Shown: positions 50,771 to 63,954, counted from the stretch's first letter. The stretch: 64,000 nt of DNA from Macrostomum lignano (GCA_002269645.1 NIVC01001226.1:87835-151834); one strand, 5' to 3'. The notes: generated by a model not told the origin, from the sequence alone. Numbers and translations are program-made.

Positions 50771-53766
50771 TCAATGGGAAATGATCCCATTAATTGTTAT
50801 TTCATTTGATATTTTGCTTTTAATTGTTGTTTCTATGATTCATTGGAATAAATTTGTTATATAACATATTTTACCATGTGGCAATTTTGTTATATTGCTA
50901 TTTTGACATGTCACTTTTCTATGCATGGCTGTTTTGATATATATTTCAAGCATTGCATTGTTACACTGCACTATGTTGCACTAAAGGCCGCTTCACAGAA
51001 AATGTGCTATGCCACAGGGTCATTTTGAAAACATGCCAGATAGCCATCTGCGATTTAGCAACTTTTTCCAATAAGGCCAAAGTGAAGGCAATCAATCAAA
51101 AAGCAAAAACTCTTTCAAACCTAGTGATTTGTTTACTTTGATACAATAAATATAGAAGCACTCTATATATGATAGATGATAATGTATCTGTTTATTTAGC
51201 CAAGAATATAAACCACCATTAGGCAAGATCTCTGTAGCTGTAATCTATAACCAAATACAGATAAAATTGATATAGGAATGATAGGATAAAAGCTAATTTT
51301 ACTTTTGTTGCATAGTAATAGTGCTATGGGGTTTTTTTTCGTCCATAACTTGGGTGCGATTTCGCACCCTGTGCTAGATTTCAGGGTGCGATTTTCAAGA
51401 CCAGGATGCGCTGCACTTAGATGTCCATAACAGTAAAACACTAAATTGTAAAACCTGCATCACATCCTTGCAAAAATTTGGGTGCACTTTTCGCACCCTG
51501 AGTCAAATTTCAGGGTGCGATTTTTAAGACCAGGATGCTAAATGCTATTTGCACCCATTTGCACAAAAAAACCTAGAATAGTGCTGTGGGTCAGACTTGT
51601 AGATGTTGCAAGCCAGATCTGGTCCATGTGCCAGTTTTCTAACCCCTGGTCTAAAGCATATGCTAGCAAACTCTGGCCTTTGCCTCTTTCTCTCTGTCCC
51701 TTTGAAATTTCTCTCTTCTTTCTTTCTCCTTTCTTTTCTTATCTATCATCTCATTTCTTTGTCATTTATTCATTCCTCTCTCTTCCCTCATCTCCTTTCT
51801 CTCTCCTCTCTTTTGGTGTCTCTTTCCCTCTTCTCTTTCTCTTCTCCCTCTCTTTACTTAGGAGTCCATAGCAAACAAATTTGTACATACCCAGACACAC
51901 AGAGTTTCCATTTTTTAAAGTTAAGATCTATAGCCTCTTAGAATCTATTTTGACTACTTATATAGTCACCATATCAATAACAGCTGCCTATTTAAGAGTC
52001 AACCTTAGGCTTAGAGGGCATAAGAAAACTGCAGTTAATATTTTTCTCAAGTTTTTTATTATAGTCAATGTCTAACTTTTTCCTCTGATAATAAACATAG
52101 TTTCTATATATTAAATGTTTTTTATTGGGAAACAAAGCTAACCTGTTAAAAAGTAAAAAAGAAAGAATTTTATCATAATTTAAGTGTATTTACTTAAATA
52201 TATAGGTTAAGTCTTCAAAAAATGTTTATTGTCAAAATTTGTACAAATATCAAAAAAAAATTTATAGTGCTTATAAACCATCTAATGTATTGCCTATGTC
52301 TATGACTAGTAAGCAAAGACTTAATCTTTAGAACATTCAACTTAGTCTATTTCCTGCTTTTGGATCTAGATTTTATTCTTATTATTGTAAAGCAATGTAA
52401 TACAATAACACAAACTAAAGATAAAGATTGAACATAAGAAATATATATGAGCAAAAAATTTATTCATATAGGTTATCTTTAAGACTAGAAATGTATGCCA
52501 GTGTACACGTCAGTCAAAATAAACCATTATTATTTAGAAAACAGCCCTATAAGGTAATTAAAACAAAACCTTAAGCATATACTAGTATAATTTTTTTGAA
52601 AATATTTTTCTAAAAAATTTCTATAATAAAGTACTAGTTTAGTATGTTTTATGTAGTGGCATACCTAAGATTTTAAAATAATAGGATGTATCTAAAAAAA
52701 TTTCTGTCAAAGAAAGTAGTTTTTTATGATCTTTTGCTTTATATATATAGTAAAAAAAGTACCTATACCATTAATAAGTTGTTCAGACATATTAGTAGCA
52801 ATATGCCATATATGTGTAGTGTCTAGATGTGTTTTAATTGTGCCTACTTATATGTAAAAATGTCTTTATGGTGCACAAATATAAAAAACAATAAAAAGTT
52901 AGATAAATTAACTGTTGCATTTTAATGGTAAAGCAGTTGTCATTTATTTGTATAGTTTTTGTTTTATGTAACATTTGAGCAATATATATAAAAAAATATT
53001 TGGTTAACTATATAGACTTTAGTGAGTCCTTTGAAAAAAACATTTCTTAGAGAGCTAGATGCTTCATATCTTTATCAAATCTCTATAAAGCTGCAAGTAT
53101 TATTTAAAATAAATAAAGTTTTGAGCATAAAAAAAATTACAAGTAGTAAAATGGTCATTGGTCATCAAAGGCATTGCATTTAGGCTAATAGAAGACAAAA
53201 AATGTCATATAAAATAATTGTTATATGACATCTTGTATGATAAAAAGTGTTTTTATTTTTTAATGTTAATTTCTAAATAAAGTAAATTTAGCAAATCTAT
53301 TGAGCCATTCATATATGTATTTTCAAACATTTAATAGAAAAGATTAATATTCTTGAAGATAAGATTCTTTTCTGTCAGTTAGATTATTAAAACTATATTC
53401 TGACAGATATTTTAACTAACAGGTTTTTCTTAACTGTTAGTATTACCCTTTTTATTGTCATAATGTTGTTTTAAATATAAATTTTGGAACTTTACAAAAA
53501 TTAAAATGCTCTAGTTGGAAGCAGCTAATAAATGAATAATGTAGTGTCTGCTTTGTTATATTTTATTTATGCTACCAGTTGACACGTGGATATTTAAAAT
53601 TGTAATGTTTAGTTTATTTATAAGTGAAGGCTGATTAAAATATAAAAAATTAATGCTACTGGTTTTAAACGTTAAATGCACAGAAAAATGCATCTAAATA
53701 CATCCGTTGTTTGCTATGTTTCCTTAAACATTTTATTATTTTTTATGTGCTACTTTTAGTAGTTAA

Positions 53767-54018
<252 letters not shown>

Positions 54019-55455
54019 TCCCGGCTTGATCTAATGCTCATTGCTTGTTGCTTTTTTTTCCTATGTATCTTTTGCGTCTGAATAAATACTATATTACTGC
54101 CATTGTGACAACAACTGTAATATGAGTACCCAACTGAAATTGGCAAGTTTATTGGTGTCAATACTGCCAATTAATAACATTTTAATATTACCATTAATAT
54201 TGCATTCTAACTCAAATTCGTTTTTGTTTGACTTTTGTGTAAACTTCTTGTCAATGTTAAGCATTGCTTTTATTTTAATTTTAAAAATAAAAATAAACTT
54301 TGTTTTAACTAAGCAAAAGGGAGAAAAAAAATCAAACGTTTTCGACTTCGAATTGGGACACTAGGATTGTCTGCCTAGCTTAGAGAACAGCAAATAATAC
54401 TAAATTTATAATACATCAACTTTAATAGCTATGAAGACAAAAAAAGGTTTATTTTATTTATTTATCAACATCCGGTTTAGTGGTTGGTTATTAAATTGGA
54501 AATAAACTATTGGTGTGCTTTAGTCGTCGTTTTTTTAAATAATTTTTTTAATAATGCTTTCCTTGGTTAAGTGGCCAAACTATCAATTAGCTTTCCAACC
54601 GAACATTTGACCGAATTTCTAAACTAGGCCAGCCTAACTGCCCTCGCTCTGTCCTGCCTGTGTCGTCGGGGCTTGACCCTGTCGTCGCTGCCGCAAGGTC
54701 AGTGCAGTACTGGCTACGTCAGTGTGACTGCTACGCTTCTGGCCAAGCCATGTAAGTCGAATCATTAATTTAATATTTTGTTCAAAAGCTCTTACTCACA
54801 ATTTCTTCTTTCGCACGCCTTGGTCGTAAAATTCCGTGTTAAAAGTACATGCCATCATTGCACGGTATTGGGTAGCTTACAGTTTCAATGCGGCCTACAA
54901 GGTAACGGCTTGTGCTGTATAAGAAGTATGATACGCTGCGGCTTCTCGGGTACACTCGTTCATCAGTCGGCAGTCATAGAATACTGTACAGTGTACATGT
55001 ACAAACAAGTGAAATCCATCTTGTCCGTCTCCTATTGTCGGCGTTCGCACATTCACTAGGCCGCGTACAAGTCAATGTACTGTACAACTCTAACCATCGA
55101 CTTCTTGGACTCCTTGGATCGACTCGGGCTGTCTGTGCATAGCAGATTTCAACAAATTGTAGGTTTGCGGTCATCCTTGTCTGTCACATACCGAGTTGCC
55201 TTTGTCTGTGCTGTGCCTCTTTCTAGCGTTTATGTCGTGCAGAATTTAAACTTCTGATGTCGTGTTACACGTGCATGTACGAAATCGCCTGTGGAAGCCG
55301 CGTTACACATATGTACGGAAAATCGCCCTTGGTTCTATGTGCATGTACATATGTATGTCGGGATACACGTACGAAATCGCCCTTAGTTGGATGTCGTGTT
55401 ACACACTTGCACACGTGTCTGTACATCTTGACTGCACGTAACTATAATTAAGTAC

Positions 55456-55671
55456 ATGTACGCCTTCAACCCATCGACCTACAAAACAGCAAAGAGCACA
55501 AAGAAAAAGTCGTCTGCAACAAGGACATCACCGGAGACCGACGAAACACAATCAGCTGCAGCCAACAATGACACCGCAAAACATGTGAATCAGCCCGCGT
55601 CACCTACTGCGTCAGCAAGCGGCATGAAATCTGCTACTGATAAGCCAGCTGCCAGAAAGAGGAGGCACTGA
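55456..55671 (+). CDS. Possible small low-complexity basic ORF (71 aa)
   Basis: A/S/T/K-rich, ends KPAARKRRH, and is more GC-rich than its flanks. No homology recognised. Confidence 0.2.
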   Translation: MYAFNPSTYKTAKSTKKKSSATRTSPETDETQSAAANNDTAKHVNQPASPTASASGMKSATDKPAARKRRH

Positions 55672-56337
55672 TTCGAAAGCAAGTGATGTCAAGTTAACTA
55701 TTCTTAAAAATTGGCATTCAAAAGTAACCATACACTACTACTACCACCCATACTACACGAGACTGTATATGTTCCATCCAGTCATTTATGCAGTACATAC
55801 ATGTATCCTATAATTAGCTAAAGCCAACTTTACTTACGTTAGCATACGTAATTGCAGTTAGACTGCTCATATGCGCATCATCTCTGTATTATTACATAGA
55901 AAATTGCAATAAATTTTGAATAGATTAGACTGACAGTGGGGCTGTTTCAGTTTATGTATAAGAGTTAGACATTTTGTAGTGCAATAACTAGCTACTGGGC
56001 TTTTGTGTTCTAATCTGTGGAAATGGAGTGTACGGCTCGTAAATGTATAATTTCTAGGGATCCCTTGCGAGCTGGTCAGGTCATCAGGTTTATCAATGCA
56101 ACCAGCGTCGATCATTAGTTGTATGAGTAGAAAGAGTGAAATTCCTTTGGTATAAAGTTAGCTAAGTTATACTCTGGTTGGTAGCACTTAAAAATTGTAG
56201 CTAGCTACTTGATTAAGATGCACACAGACTTCGTTCGCTGCTGTGTGTGTGTTGTTGTGTGAGCACTATATGACTTGCTTACTGTCGCCCCGATTGCAGC
56301 TCTAAGCAGCTCTCAAGCACAAAAAGCAAAACACAGA

Positions 56338-56478
56338 ATGCCAGCCAAGCAGAACCAGCAGCAGGGAGCCGGCAAGCAGCAGGCAGCCGATGCCAACAAG
56401 GACGCCAAGCAGCAAAAGCAGCAGCAACAACAACAGCAGGCTGGTGGCGCTGCCGCCAAGGCCGGTCAGAAGAAGTGA
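56338..56478 (+). CDS. Microprotein A copy 1, 46 aa: MPAKQNQQQGAGKQQAADANKDAKQQKQQQQQQQAGGAAAKAGQKK
   Basis: Acceptor-like TTGCAG at 56294-56299, A at -3, GC3-rich codons, paralogy to ORF B. Confidence 0.7.
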   Translation: MPAKQNQQQGAGKQQAADANKDAKQQKQQQQQQQAGGAAAKAGQKK

Positions 56479-57202
56479 TGCGATTTCAGAGAGATCAATT
56501 GTTAGGTGTGCTCTGCACCGCATGACAGCCAGGCCTACTATTGGCGTGACTGAGTGGAACTCTGAGCTATCTCTATACCTGTACATACAGTATACTATAA
56601 TCTGTCCGCATTAGCGTATCGTCTTTGTTGGGGCTAAAGAGTCGCAGCACCCAGCTCTGAAACTGCAAGGTTACTTACTGTATTCTGTACTGTACTAACC
56701 TTACTCACGTGCTGACGAAAGCTTATAGTTGTAAATTGATCCATTGAAAAAAGTTGTTTGATTGTAGAATAATTACAGTAGCATTTCCAAATTACATATT
56801 GGACAGTATTTTTAAAGCAAGCAGGTGTTTTCGGCTCTCGTTCTTTAAATGCTCTCTGTTTCCCTATATGCTTAGCATGTTTTGTGTTAGATCAGCAGTT
56901 GCAGACAGAGAAAGGGGGCATTACTTGTATTTGGCTTGATATAGCATCCTCTAGATTTCGTTGTCCAGCACATCCAACTAGAGGCTAGATATGCACCAAT
57001 GGTCCTTGTAGAGCTGCACTGCTCCAATAAGCGGTTAAAGAAGAAGAAGTGCCCGTGAGAATATATCTAGATAGTTTTTCTAATGAGGATGTACAGCCAG
57101 CTAGCTATACTTGAAGTTGACGTTGGTCACGTTGCAAACCTCAGCTGCTCGCTTCTCAAATTGCAGCTCCAAGCATCAGCTTCCTAATCTCAACAGACAA
57201 AC

Positions 57203-57325
57203 ATGCCTGCCAAGAAAGCCGCCGCCGACAAGAAGGCCGCCTATGCCAGCAAGGACGCCAAGCAGCAGCCGGAAAAAGCCGAGGGCGAGCAGGCCGCTGC
57301 CAAGGGCGGTCATAAGAAGAAGTGA
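57203..57325 (+). CDS. Microprotein B copy 1, 40 aa: MPAKKAAADKKAAYASKDAKQQPEKAEGEQAAAKGGHKKK (Y14; D in the other copies)
   Basis: Acceptor-like TTGCAG at 57161-57166, A at -3, GC3-rich codons. Confidence 0.7.
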   Translation: MPAKKAAADKKAAYASKDAKQQPEKAEGEQAAAKGGHKKK

Positions 57326-58205
57326 TCGATGTGCGTTGCGGATCGCGCTATACCAACCTGTATGCTGGCTTGATCGCGGCGCTCCTACCGACCTGTACGA
57401 GTTGCTGGATGCCTGCTGATCAAACTGCAACTTATAGTGAACTGTAATTACATGTGCTGGCCGTTTACTAATCAATGTTGCATCATACTCAGTTACATAC
57501 TACACAACTGCAGTCTCTACAGCTCTGCACTGTAAAGCGCAGACGCATTTTATACAGTACGTAAATCGTAGCCTGTCAGCCATGCTCTATACTATGGTAC
57601 CAGCTGCTCTGTTCTGATGGGCAGTCATGTACTTGTCGTAAATTACATTGTTGTACTGGGTGCATCAGTTACTTACAAAGTTGTTGCAACAACCAACAAT
57701 CGTTTTTCGGCTTGAGCTCTACTTTTACCAATATTTTTGCTGCTTCCTAGTCACGTATATAGTTTCATGCTCCTCAAGGCTTAGGGGCCTCTCGCTCACA
57801 GGCTGACAGTGGGGCTGTTTCAGTTTATGTATAAGAGTTAGACATTTTGTAGTGCAATAACTAGCTACTGGGCTTTTGTGTTCTAATCTGTGGAAATGGA
57901 GTGTACGGCTCGTAAATGTATAATTTCTAGGCATCCCTTGCGAGCTGGTCAGGTTTATCAGGTTTATCAATGCAACCAGCGTCGATCATTAGTTGTATGA
58001 GTAGAAAGAGTGAAATTCCTTTGGTAGTTAGCTAAGTTATACTCTGGTTGGTAGCACTTAAAAATTGTAGCTAGCTACTTGATTAAGATGCACACAGACT
58101 TCGTTCGCTGCTGTGTGTGTTGTTGTGTGAGCACTATATGACTTGCTTACTGTCGCCCCGATTGCAGCTCTAAGCAGCTCTCAAGCACAAAAAGCAAAAC
58201 ACAGA

Positions 58206-58346
58206 ATGCCAGCCAAGCAGAACCAGCAGCAGGGAGCCGGCAAGCAGCAGGCTGCCGATGCCAACAAGGACGCCAAGCAGCAAAAGCAGCAGCAACAACA
58301 ACAGCAGGCTGGTGGCGCTGCCGCCAAGGCCGGTCAGAAGAAGTGA
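58206..58346 (+). CDS. Microprotein A copy 2
   Basis: Same protein; synonymous GCA>GCT change at an Ala codon. Confidence 0.7.
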   Translation: MPAKQNQQQGAGKQQAADANKDAKQQKQQQQQQQAGGAAAKAGQKK

Positions 58347-59070
58347 TGCGATTTCAGAGAGATCAATTGTTAGGTGTGCTCTGCACCGCATGACAGCCAG
58401 GCCTACTATTGGCGTGACTGAGTGGAACTCTGAGCTATCTCTATACCTGTACATACAGTATACTATAATCTGTCCGCATTAGCGTATCGTCTTTGTTGGG
58501 GCTAAAGAGTCGCAGCACCCAGCTCTGAAACTGCAAGGTTACTTACTGTATTCTGTACTGTACTAACCTTACTCACGTGCTGACGAAAGCTTATAGTTGT
58601 AAATTGATCCATTGAAAAAAGTTGTTTGATTGTAGAATAATTACAGTAGCATTTCCAAATTACATATTGGACAGTATTTTTAAAGCAAGCAGGTGTTTTC
58701 GGCTCTCGTTCTTTAAATGCTCTCTGTTTCCCTATATGCTTAGCATGTTTTGTGTTAGATCAGCAGTTGCAGACAGAGAAAGGGGGCATTACTTGTATTT
58801 GGCTTGATATAGCATCCTCTAGATTTCGTTGTCCAGCACATCCAACTAGAGGCTAGATATGCACCAATGTTCCTTGTAGAGCTGCACTGCTCCAATAAGC
58901 GGTTAAAGAAGAAGAAGTGCCCGTGAGAATATATCTAGATAGTTTTTCTAATGAGGATGTACAGCCAGCTAGCTATACTTGAAGTTGACGTTGGTCACGT
59001 TGCAAACCTCAGCTGCTCGCTTCTCAAATTGCAGCTCCAAGCATCAGCTTCCTAATCTCAACAGACAAAC

Positions 59071-59193
59071 ATGCCTGCCAAGAAAGCCGCCGCCGACAAG
59101 AAGGCCGCCGATGCCAGCAAGGACGCCAAGCAGCAGCCGGAAAAAGCCGAGGGCGAGCAGGCCGCTGCCAAGGGCGGTCATAAGAAGAAGTGA
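59071..59193 (+). CDS. Microprotein B copy 2
   Basis: Intact 123-nt ORF. Confidence 0.7.
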   Translation: MPAKKAAADKKAADASKDAKQQPEKAEGEQAAAKGGHKKK

Positions 59194-60078
59194 TCGATGT
59201 GCGTTGCGGATCGCGCTATACCAACCTGTATGCTGGCTTGATCGCGGCGCTCCTACCGACCTGTACGAGTTGCTGGATGCCTGCTGATCAAACTGCAACT
59301 TATAGTGAACTGTAATTACATGTGCTGGCCGTTTACTAATCAATGTTGCATCATACTCAGTTACATACTACACAACTGCAGTCTCTACAGCTCTGCACTG
59401 TAAAGCGCAGACGCATTTTATACAGTACGTAAATCGTAGCCTGTCAGCCATGCTCTATACTATGGTACCAGCTGCTCTGTTCTGATGGGCAGTCATGTAC
59501 TTGTCGTAAATTACATTGTTGTACTGGGTGCATCAGTTACTTACAAAGTTGTTGCAACAACCAACAATCGTTTTTCGGCTTGAGCTCTACTTTTACCAAT
59601 ATTTTTGCTGCTTCCTAGTCACGTATATAGTTTCATGCTCCTCAAGGCTTAGGGGCCTCTCGCTCACAGGCTGACAGTGGGGCTGTTTCAGTTTATGTAT
59701 AAGAGTTAGACATTTTGTAGTGCAATAACTAGCTACTGGGCTTTTGTAGACTAATCTGTGGAAATGGAGTGTACGGCTCGTAAATGTATAATTTCTAGGG
59801 ATCCCTTGCGAGCTGGTCAGGTCATCAGGTTTATCAATGCAACCAGCGTCGATCATTAGTTGTATGAGTAGAAAGAGTGAAATTCCTTTGGTATAAAGTT
59901 AGCTAAGTTATACTCTGGTTGGTAGCACTTAAAAATTGTAGCTAGCTACTTGATTAAGATGCACGCAGCTACATCGTTCGCTGCTGTGTGTGTTGTTGTG
60001 TGAACACTATATGACTTGCTTACTGTCGCCCCGATTGCAGCTCTAAGCAGCTCTCAAGCACAAAAAGCAAAACACAGA

Positions 60079-60219
60079 ATGCCAGCCAAGCAGAACCAGC
60101 AGCAGGGAGCCGGCAAGCAGCAGGCAGCCGATGCCAACAAGGACGCCAAGCAGCAAAAGCAGCAGCAACAACAACAGCAGGCTGGTGGCGCTGCCGCCAA
60201 GGCCGGTCAGAAGAAGTGA
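60079..60219 (+). CDS. Microprotein A copy 3
   Basis: Intact 141-nt ORF. Confidence 0.7.
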   Translation: MPAKQNQQQGAGKQQAADANKDAKQQKQQQQQQQAGGAAAKAGQKK

Positions 60220-60947
60220 TGCGATGCGATTTCAGAGAGATCAATTGTTAGGTGTGCTCTGCACCGCATGACAGCCAGGCCTACTATTGGCGTGACTGAG
60301 TGGAACTCTGAGCTATCTCTATACCTGTACATACAGTATACTATAATCTGTCCGCATTAGCGTATCGTCTTTGTTGGGGCTAAAGAGTCGCAGCACCCAG
60401 CTCTGAAACTGCAAGGTTACTTACTGTATTCTGTACTGTACTAACCTTACTCACGTGCTGACGAAAGCTTATAGTTGTAAATTGATCCATTGAAAAAAGT
60501 TGTTTGATTGTAGAATAATTACAGTAGCATTTCCAAATTACATATTGGACAGTATTTTTAAAGCAAGCAGGTGTTTTCGGCTCTCGTTCTTTAAATGCTC
60601 TCTGTTTCCCTATATGCTTAGCATGTTTTGTGTTAGATCAGCAGTTGCAGACAGAGAAAGGGGGCATTACTTGTATTTGGCTTGATATAGCATCCTCTAG
60701 ATTTCGTTGTCCAGCACATCCAACTAGAGGCTAGATATGCACCAATGTCCTTGTAGAGCTGCACTGCTCCAATAAGCGGTTAAAGAAGAAGAAGTGCCCG
60801 TGAGAATATATCTAGATAGTTTTTCTAATGAGGATGTACAGCCAGCTAGCTATACTTGAAGTTGACGTTGGTCACGTTGCAAACCTCAGCTGCTCGCTTC
60901 TCAAATTGCAGCTCCAAGCATCAGCTTCCTAATCTCAACAGACAAAC

Positions 60948-61070
60948 ATGCCTGCCAAGAAAGCCGCCGCCGACAAGAAGGCCGCCGATGCCAGCAAGGA
61001 CGCCAAGCAGCAGCCGGAAAAAGCCGAGGGCGAGCAGGCCGCTGCCAAGGGCGGTCATAAGAAGAAGTGA
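60948..61070 (+). CDS. Microprotein B copy 3
   Basis: Intact 123-nt ORF. Confidence 0.7.
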   Translation: MPAKKAAADKKAADASKDAKQQPEKAEGEQAAAKGGHKKK

Positions 61071-61955
61071 TCGATGTGCGTTGCGGATCGCGCTATACCA
61101 ACCTGTATGCTGGCTTGATCGCGGCGCTCCTACCGACCTGTACGAGTTGCTGGATGCCTGCTGATCAAACTGCAACTTATAGTGAACTGTAATTACATGT
61201 GCTGGCCGTTTACTAATCAATGTTGCATCATACTCAGTTACATACTACACAACTGCAGTCTCTACAGCTCTGCACTGTAAAGCGCAGACGCATTTTATAC
61301 AGTACGTAAATCGTAGCCTGTCAGCCATGCTCTATACTATGGTACCAGCTGCTCTGTTCTGATGGGCAGTCATGTACTTGTCGTAAATTACATTGTTGTA
61401 CTGGGTGCATCAGTTACTTACAAAGTTGTTGCAACAACCAACAATCGTTTTTCGGCTTGAGCTCTACTTTTACCAATATTTTTGCTGCTTCCTAGTCACG
61501 TATATAGTTTCATGCTCCTCAAGGCTTAGGGGCCTCTCGCTCACAGGCTGACAGTGGGGCTGTTTCAGTTTATGTATAAGAGTTAGACATTTTGTAGTGC
61601 AATAACTAGCTACTGGGCTTTTGTAGACTAATCTGTGGAAATGGAGTGTACGGCTCGTAAATGTATAATTTCTAGGGATCCCTTGCGAGCTGGTCAGGTC
61701 ATCAGGTTTATCAATGCAACCAGCGTCGATCATTAGTTGTATGAGTAGAAAGAGTGAAATTCCTTTGGTATAAAGTTAGCTAAGTTATACTCTGGTTGGT
61801 AGCACTTAAAAATTGTAGCTAGCTACTTGATTAAGATGCACGCAGCTACATCGTTCGCTGCTGTGTGTGTTGTTGTGTGAACACTATATGACTTGCTTAC
61901 TGTCGCCCCGATTGCAGCTCTAAGCAGCTCTCAAGCACAAAAAGCAAAACACAGA

Positions 61956-62096
61956 ATGCCAGCCAAGCAGAACCAGCAGCAGGGAGCCGGCAAGCAGCAG
62001 GCAGCCGATGCCAACAAGGACGCCAAGCAGCAAAAGCAGCAGCAACAACAACAGCAGGCTGGTGGCGCTGCCGCCAAGGCCGGTCAGAAGAAGTGA
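61956..62096 (+). CDS. Microprotein A copy 4
   Basis: Intact 141-nt ORF. Confidence 0.7.
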   Translation: MPAKQNQQQGAGKQQAADANKDAKQQKQQQQQQQAGGAAAKAGQKK

Positions 62097-62817
62097 TGCG
62101 ATGCGATTTCAGAGAGATCAATTGTTAGGTGTGCTCTGCACCGCATGACAGCCAGGCCTACTATTGGCGTGACTGAGTGGAACTCTGAGCTATCTCTATA
62201 CCTGTACATACAGTATACTATAATCTGTCCGCATTAGCGTATCGTCTTTGTTGGGGCTAAAGAGTCGCAGCCCAGCTCTGAAACTGCAAGGTTACTTACT
62301 GTATTCTGTACTGTACTAACCTTACTCACGTGCTGACGAAAGCTTATAGTTGTAAATTGATCCATTGAAAAAAGTTGTTTGATTGTAGAATAATTACAGT
62401 AGCATTTCCAAATTACATATTGGACAGTATTTTTAAAGCAAGCAGGTGTTTTCGGCTCTCGTTCTTTAAATGCTCTCTGTTTCCCTATATGCTTAGATGT
62501 TTTGTGTTAGATCAGCAGTTGCAGACAAGAAAGGGGGCATTACTTGTATTTGGCTTGATATAGCATCCTCTAGATTTCGTTGTCCAGCACATCCAACTAG
62601 AGGCTAGATATGCACCAATGTCCTTGTAGAGCTGCACTGCTCCAATAAGCGGTTAAAGAAGAAGAAGTGCCCGTGAGAATATATCTAGATAGTTTTTCTA
62701 ATGAGGATGTACAGCCAGCTAGCTATACTTGAAGTTGACGTTGGTCACTTGCAAACCTCAGCTGCTCGCTTCTCAAATTGCAGCCAAGCATCAGCTTCCT
62801 AATCTCAACAGACAAAC

Positions 62818-62938
62818 ATGCCTGCCAAGAAAGCCGCCGCCGACAAGAAGGCCGCCGATGCCAGCAAGGACGCAAGCAGCAGCCGGAAAAAGCGAGGGCG
62901 AGCAGGCCGCTGCCAAGGGCGGTCATAAGAAGAAGTGA
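62818..62938 (+). pseudogene. Microprotein B copy 4, with two 1-bp deletions (pseudogene or consensus error)
   Basis: GACGCAAGC vs GACGCCAAGC and AAAAGCGAG vs AAAAGCCGAG; lies in a stretch with many small deletions. Confidence 0.5.
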
Positions 62939-63813
62939 TCGATGTGCGTTGCGGATCGCGCTATACCAACCTGTATGCTGGCTTGATCGCGGCGCTCCTA
63001 CCGACCTGTACGAGTTGCTGGATGCCTGCTGATCAAACTGCAACTTATAGTGAACTGTAATTACATGTGCTGGCCGTTTACTAATCAATGTTGCATCATA
63101 CTCAGTTACATACTACACAACTGCAGTCTCTACAGCTCTGCACTGTAAAGCGCAGACGCATTTTATACAGTACGTAAATCGTAGCCTGTCAGCCATGCTC
63201 TATACTATGGTACCAGCTGCTCTGTTCTGATGGGCAGTCATGTACTTGTCGTAAATTACATTGTTGTACTGGGTGCATCAGTTACTTACAAAGTTGTTGC
63301 AACAACCAACAATCGTTTTTCGGCTTGAGCTCTACTTTTACCAATATTTTTGCTGCTTCCTAGTCACGTATATAGTTTCATGCTCCTCAAGGCTTAGGGG
63401 CCTCTCGCTCACAGGCTGACAGTGGGGCTGTTTCAGTTTATGTATAAGAGTTAGACATTTTGTAGTGCAATAACTAGCTACTGGGCTTTTGTCTAATCTG
63501 TGGAAATGGAGTGTACGGCTCGTAAATGTATAATTTCTAGGCATCCCTTGCGAGCTGGTCAGGTTCATCAGGTTTATCAATGCAACCAGCGTCGATCATT
63601 AGTTGTATGAGTAGAAAGAGTGAAATTCCTTTGGTAGTTAGCTAAGTTATACTGTGGTTGGTAGCACTTAAAATTCTAGCTAGCTACTTGATTAAGATGC
63701 ACAGACTTCGTTCGCTGCTGTGTGTGTGTTGTTGTGTGAGCACTATATGACTTGCTTACTGTCGCCCGATTGCAGCTCTAAGCAGCTCTCAAGCACAAAA
63801 AGCAAAACACAGA

Positions 63814-63954
63814 ATGCCAGCCAAGCAGAACCAGCAGCAGGGAGCCGGCAAGCAGCAGGCAGCCGATGCCAACAAGGACGCCAAGCAGCAAAAGCAGCAG
63901 CAACAACAACAGCAGGCTGGTGGCGCTGCCGCCAAGGCCGGTCAGAAGAAGTGA
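63814..63954 (+). CDS. Microprotein A copy 5
   Basis: Intact 141-nt ORF. Confidence 0.7.
   Translation: MPAKQNQQQGAGKQQAADANKDAKQQKQQQQQQQAGGAAAKAGQKK

Noticed and set aside
51350-51540. Duplicated ~60-bp segment with GGGTGCG/CGCACCC mini-palindromes
   Set aside because: Looks like a subterminal fragment of an old DNA transposon; no termini or TSD could be defined.
56275-56337. TTG-initiated 21-aa N-terminal extension of ORF A given in the ORF track
   Set aside because: Non-ATG start that spans the conserved acceptor; alignment with ORF B begins at MPAK.
56455-57325. C-terminal GQKK/GHKKK as neuropeptide amidation or ER-retrieval signals
   Set aside because: No signal peptide or transmembrane segment, and Gly is not adjacent to the dibasic site.
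57680-57693. 14-bp perfect palindrome GTTGTTGCAACAAC in each array unit
   Set aside because: Short and low-complexity; recurs only because the unit is duplicated.
55930-57802. Array unit as a histone, 5S rRNA, snRNA or SL RNA cluster
   Set aside because: No histone folds, and no recognisable 5S/U1/U2/U6 or SL donor sequence by eye (GCTCGCTTC is only a short chance match). An Infernal/Rfam scan is still needed to exclude it fully.
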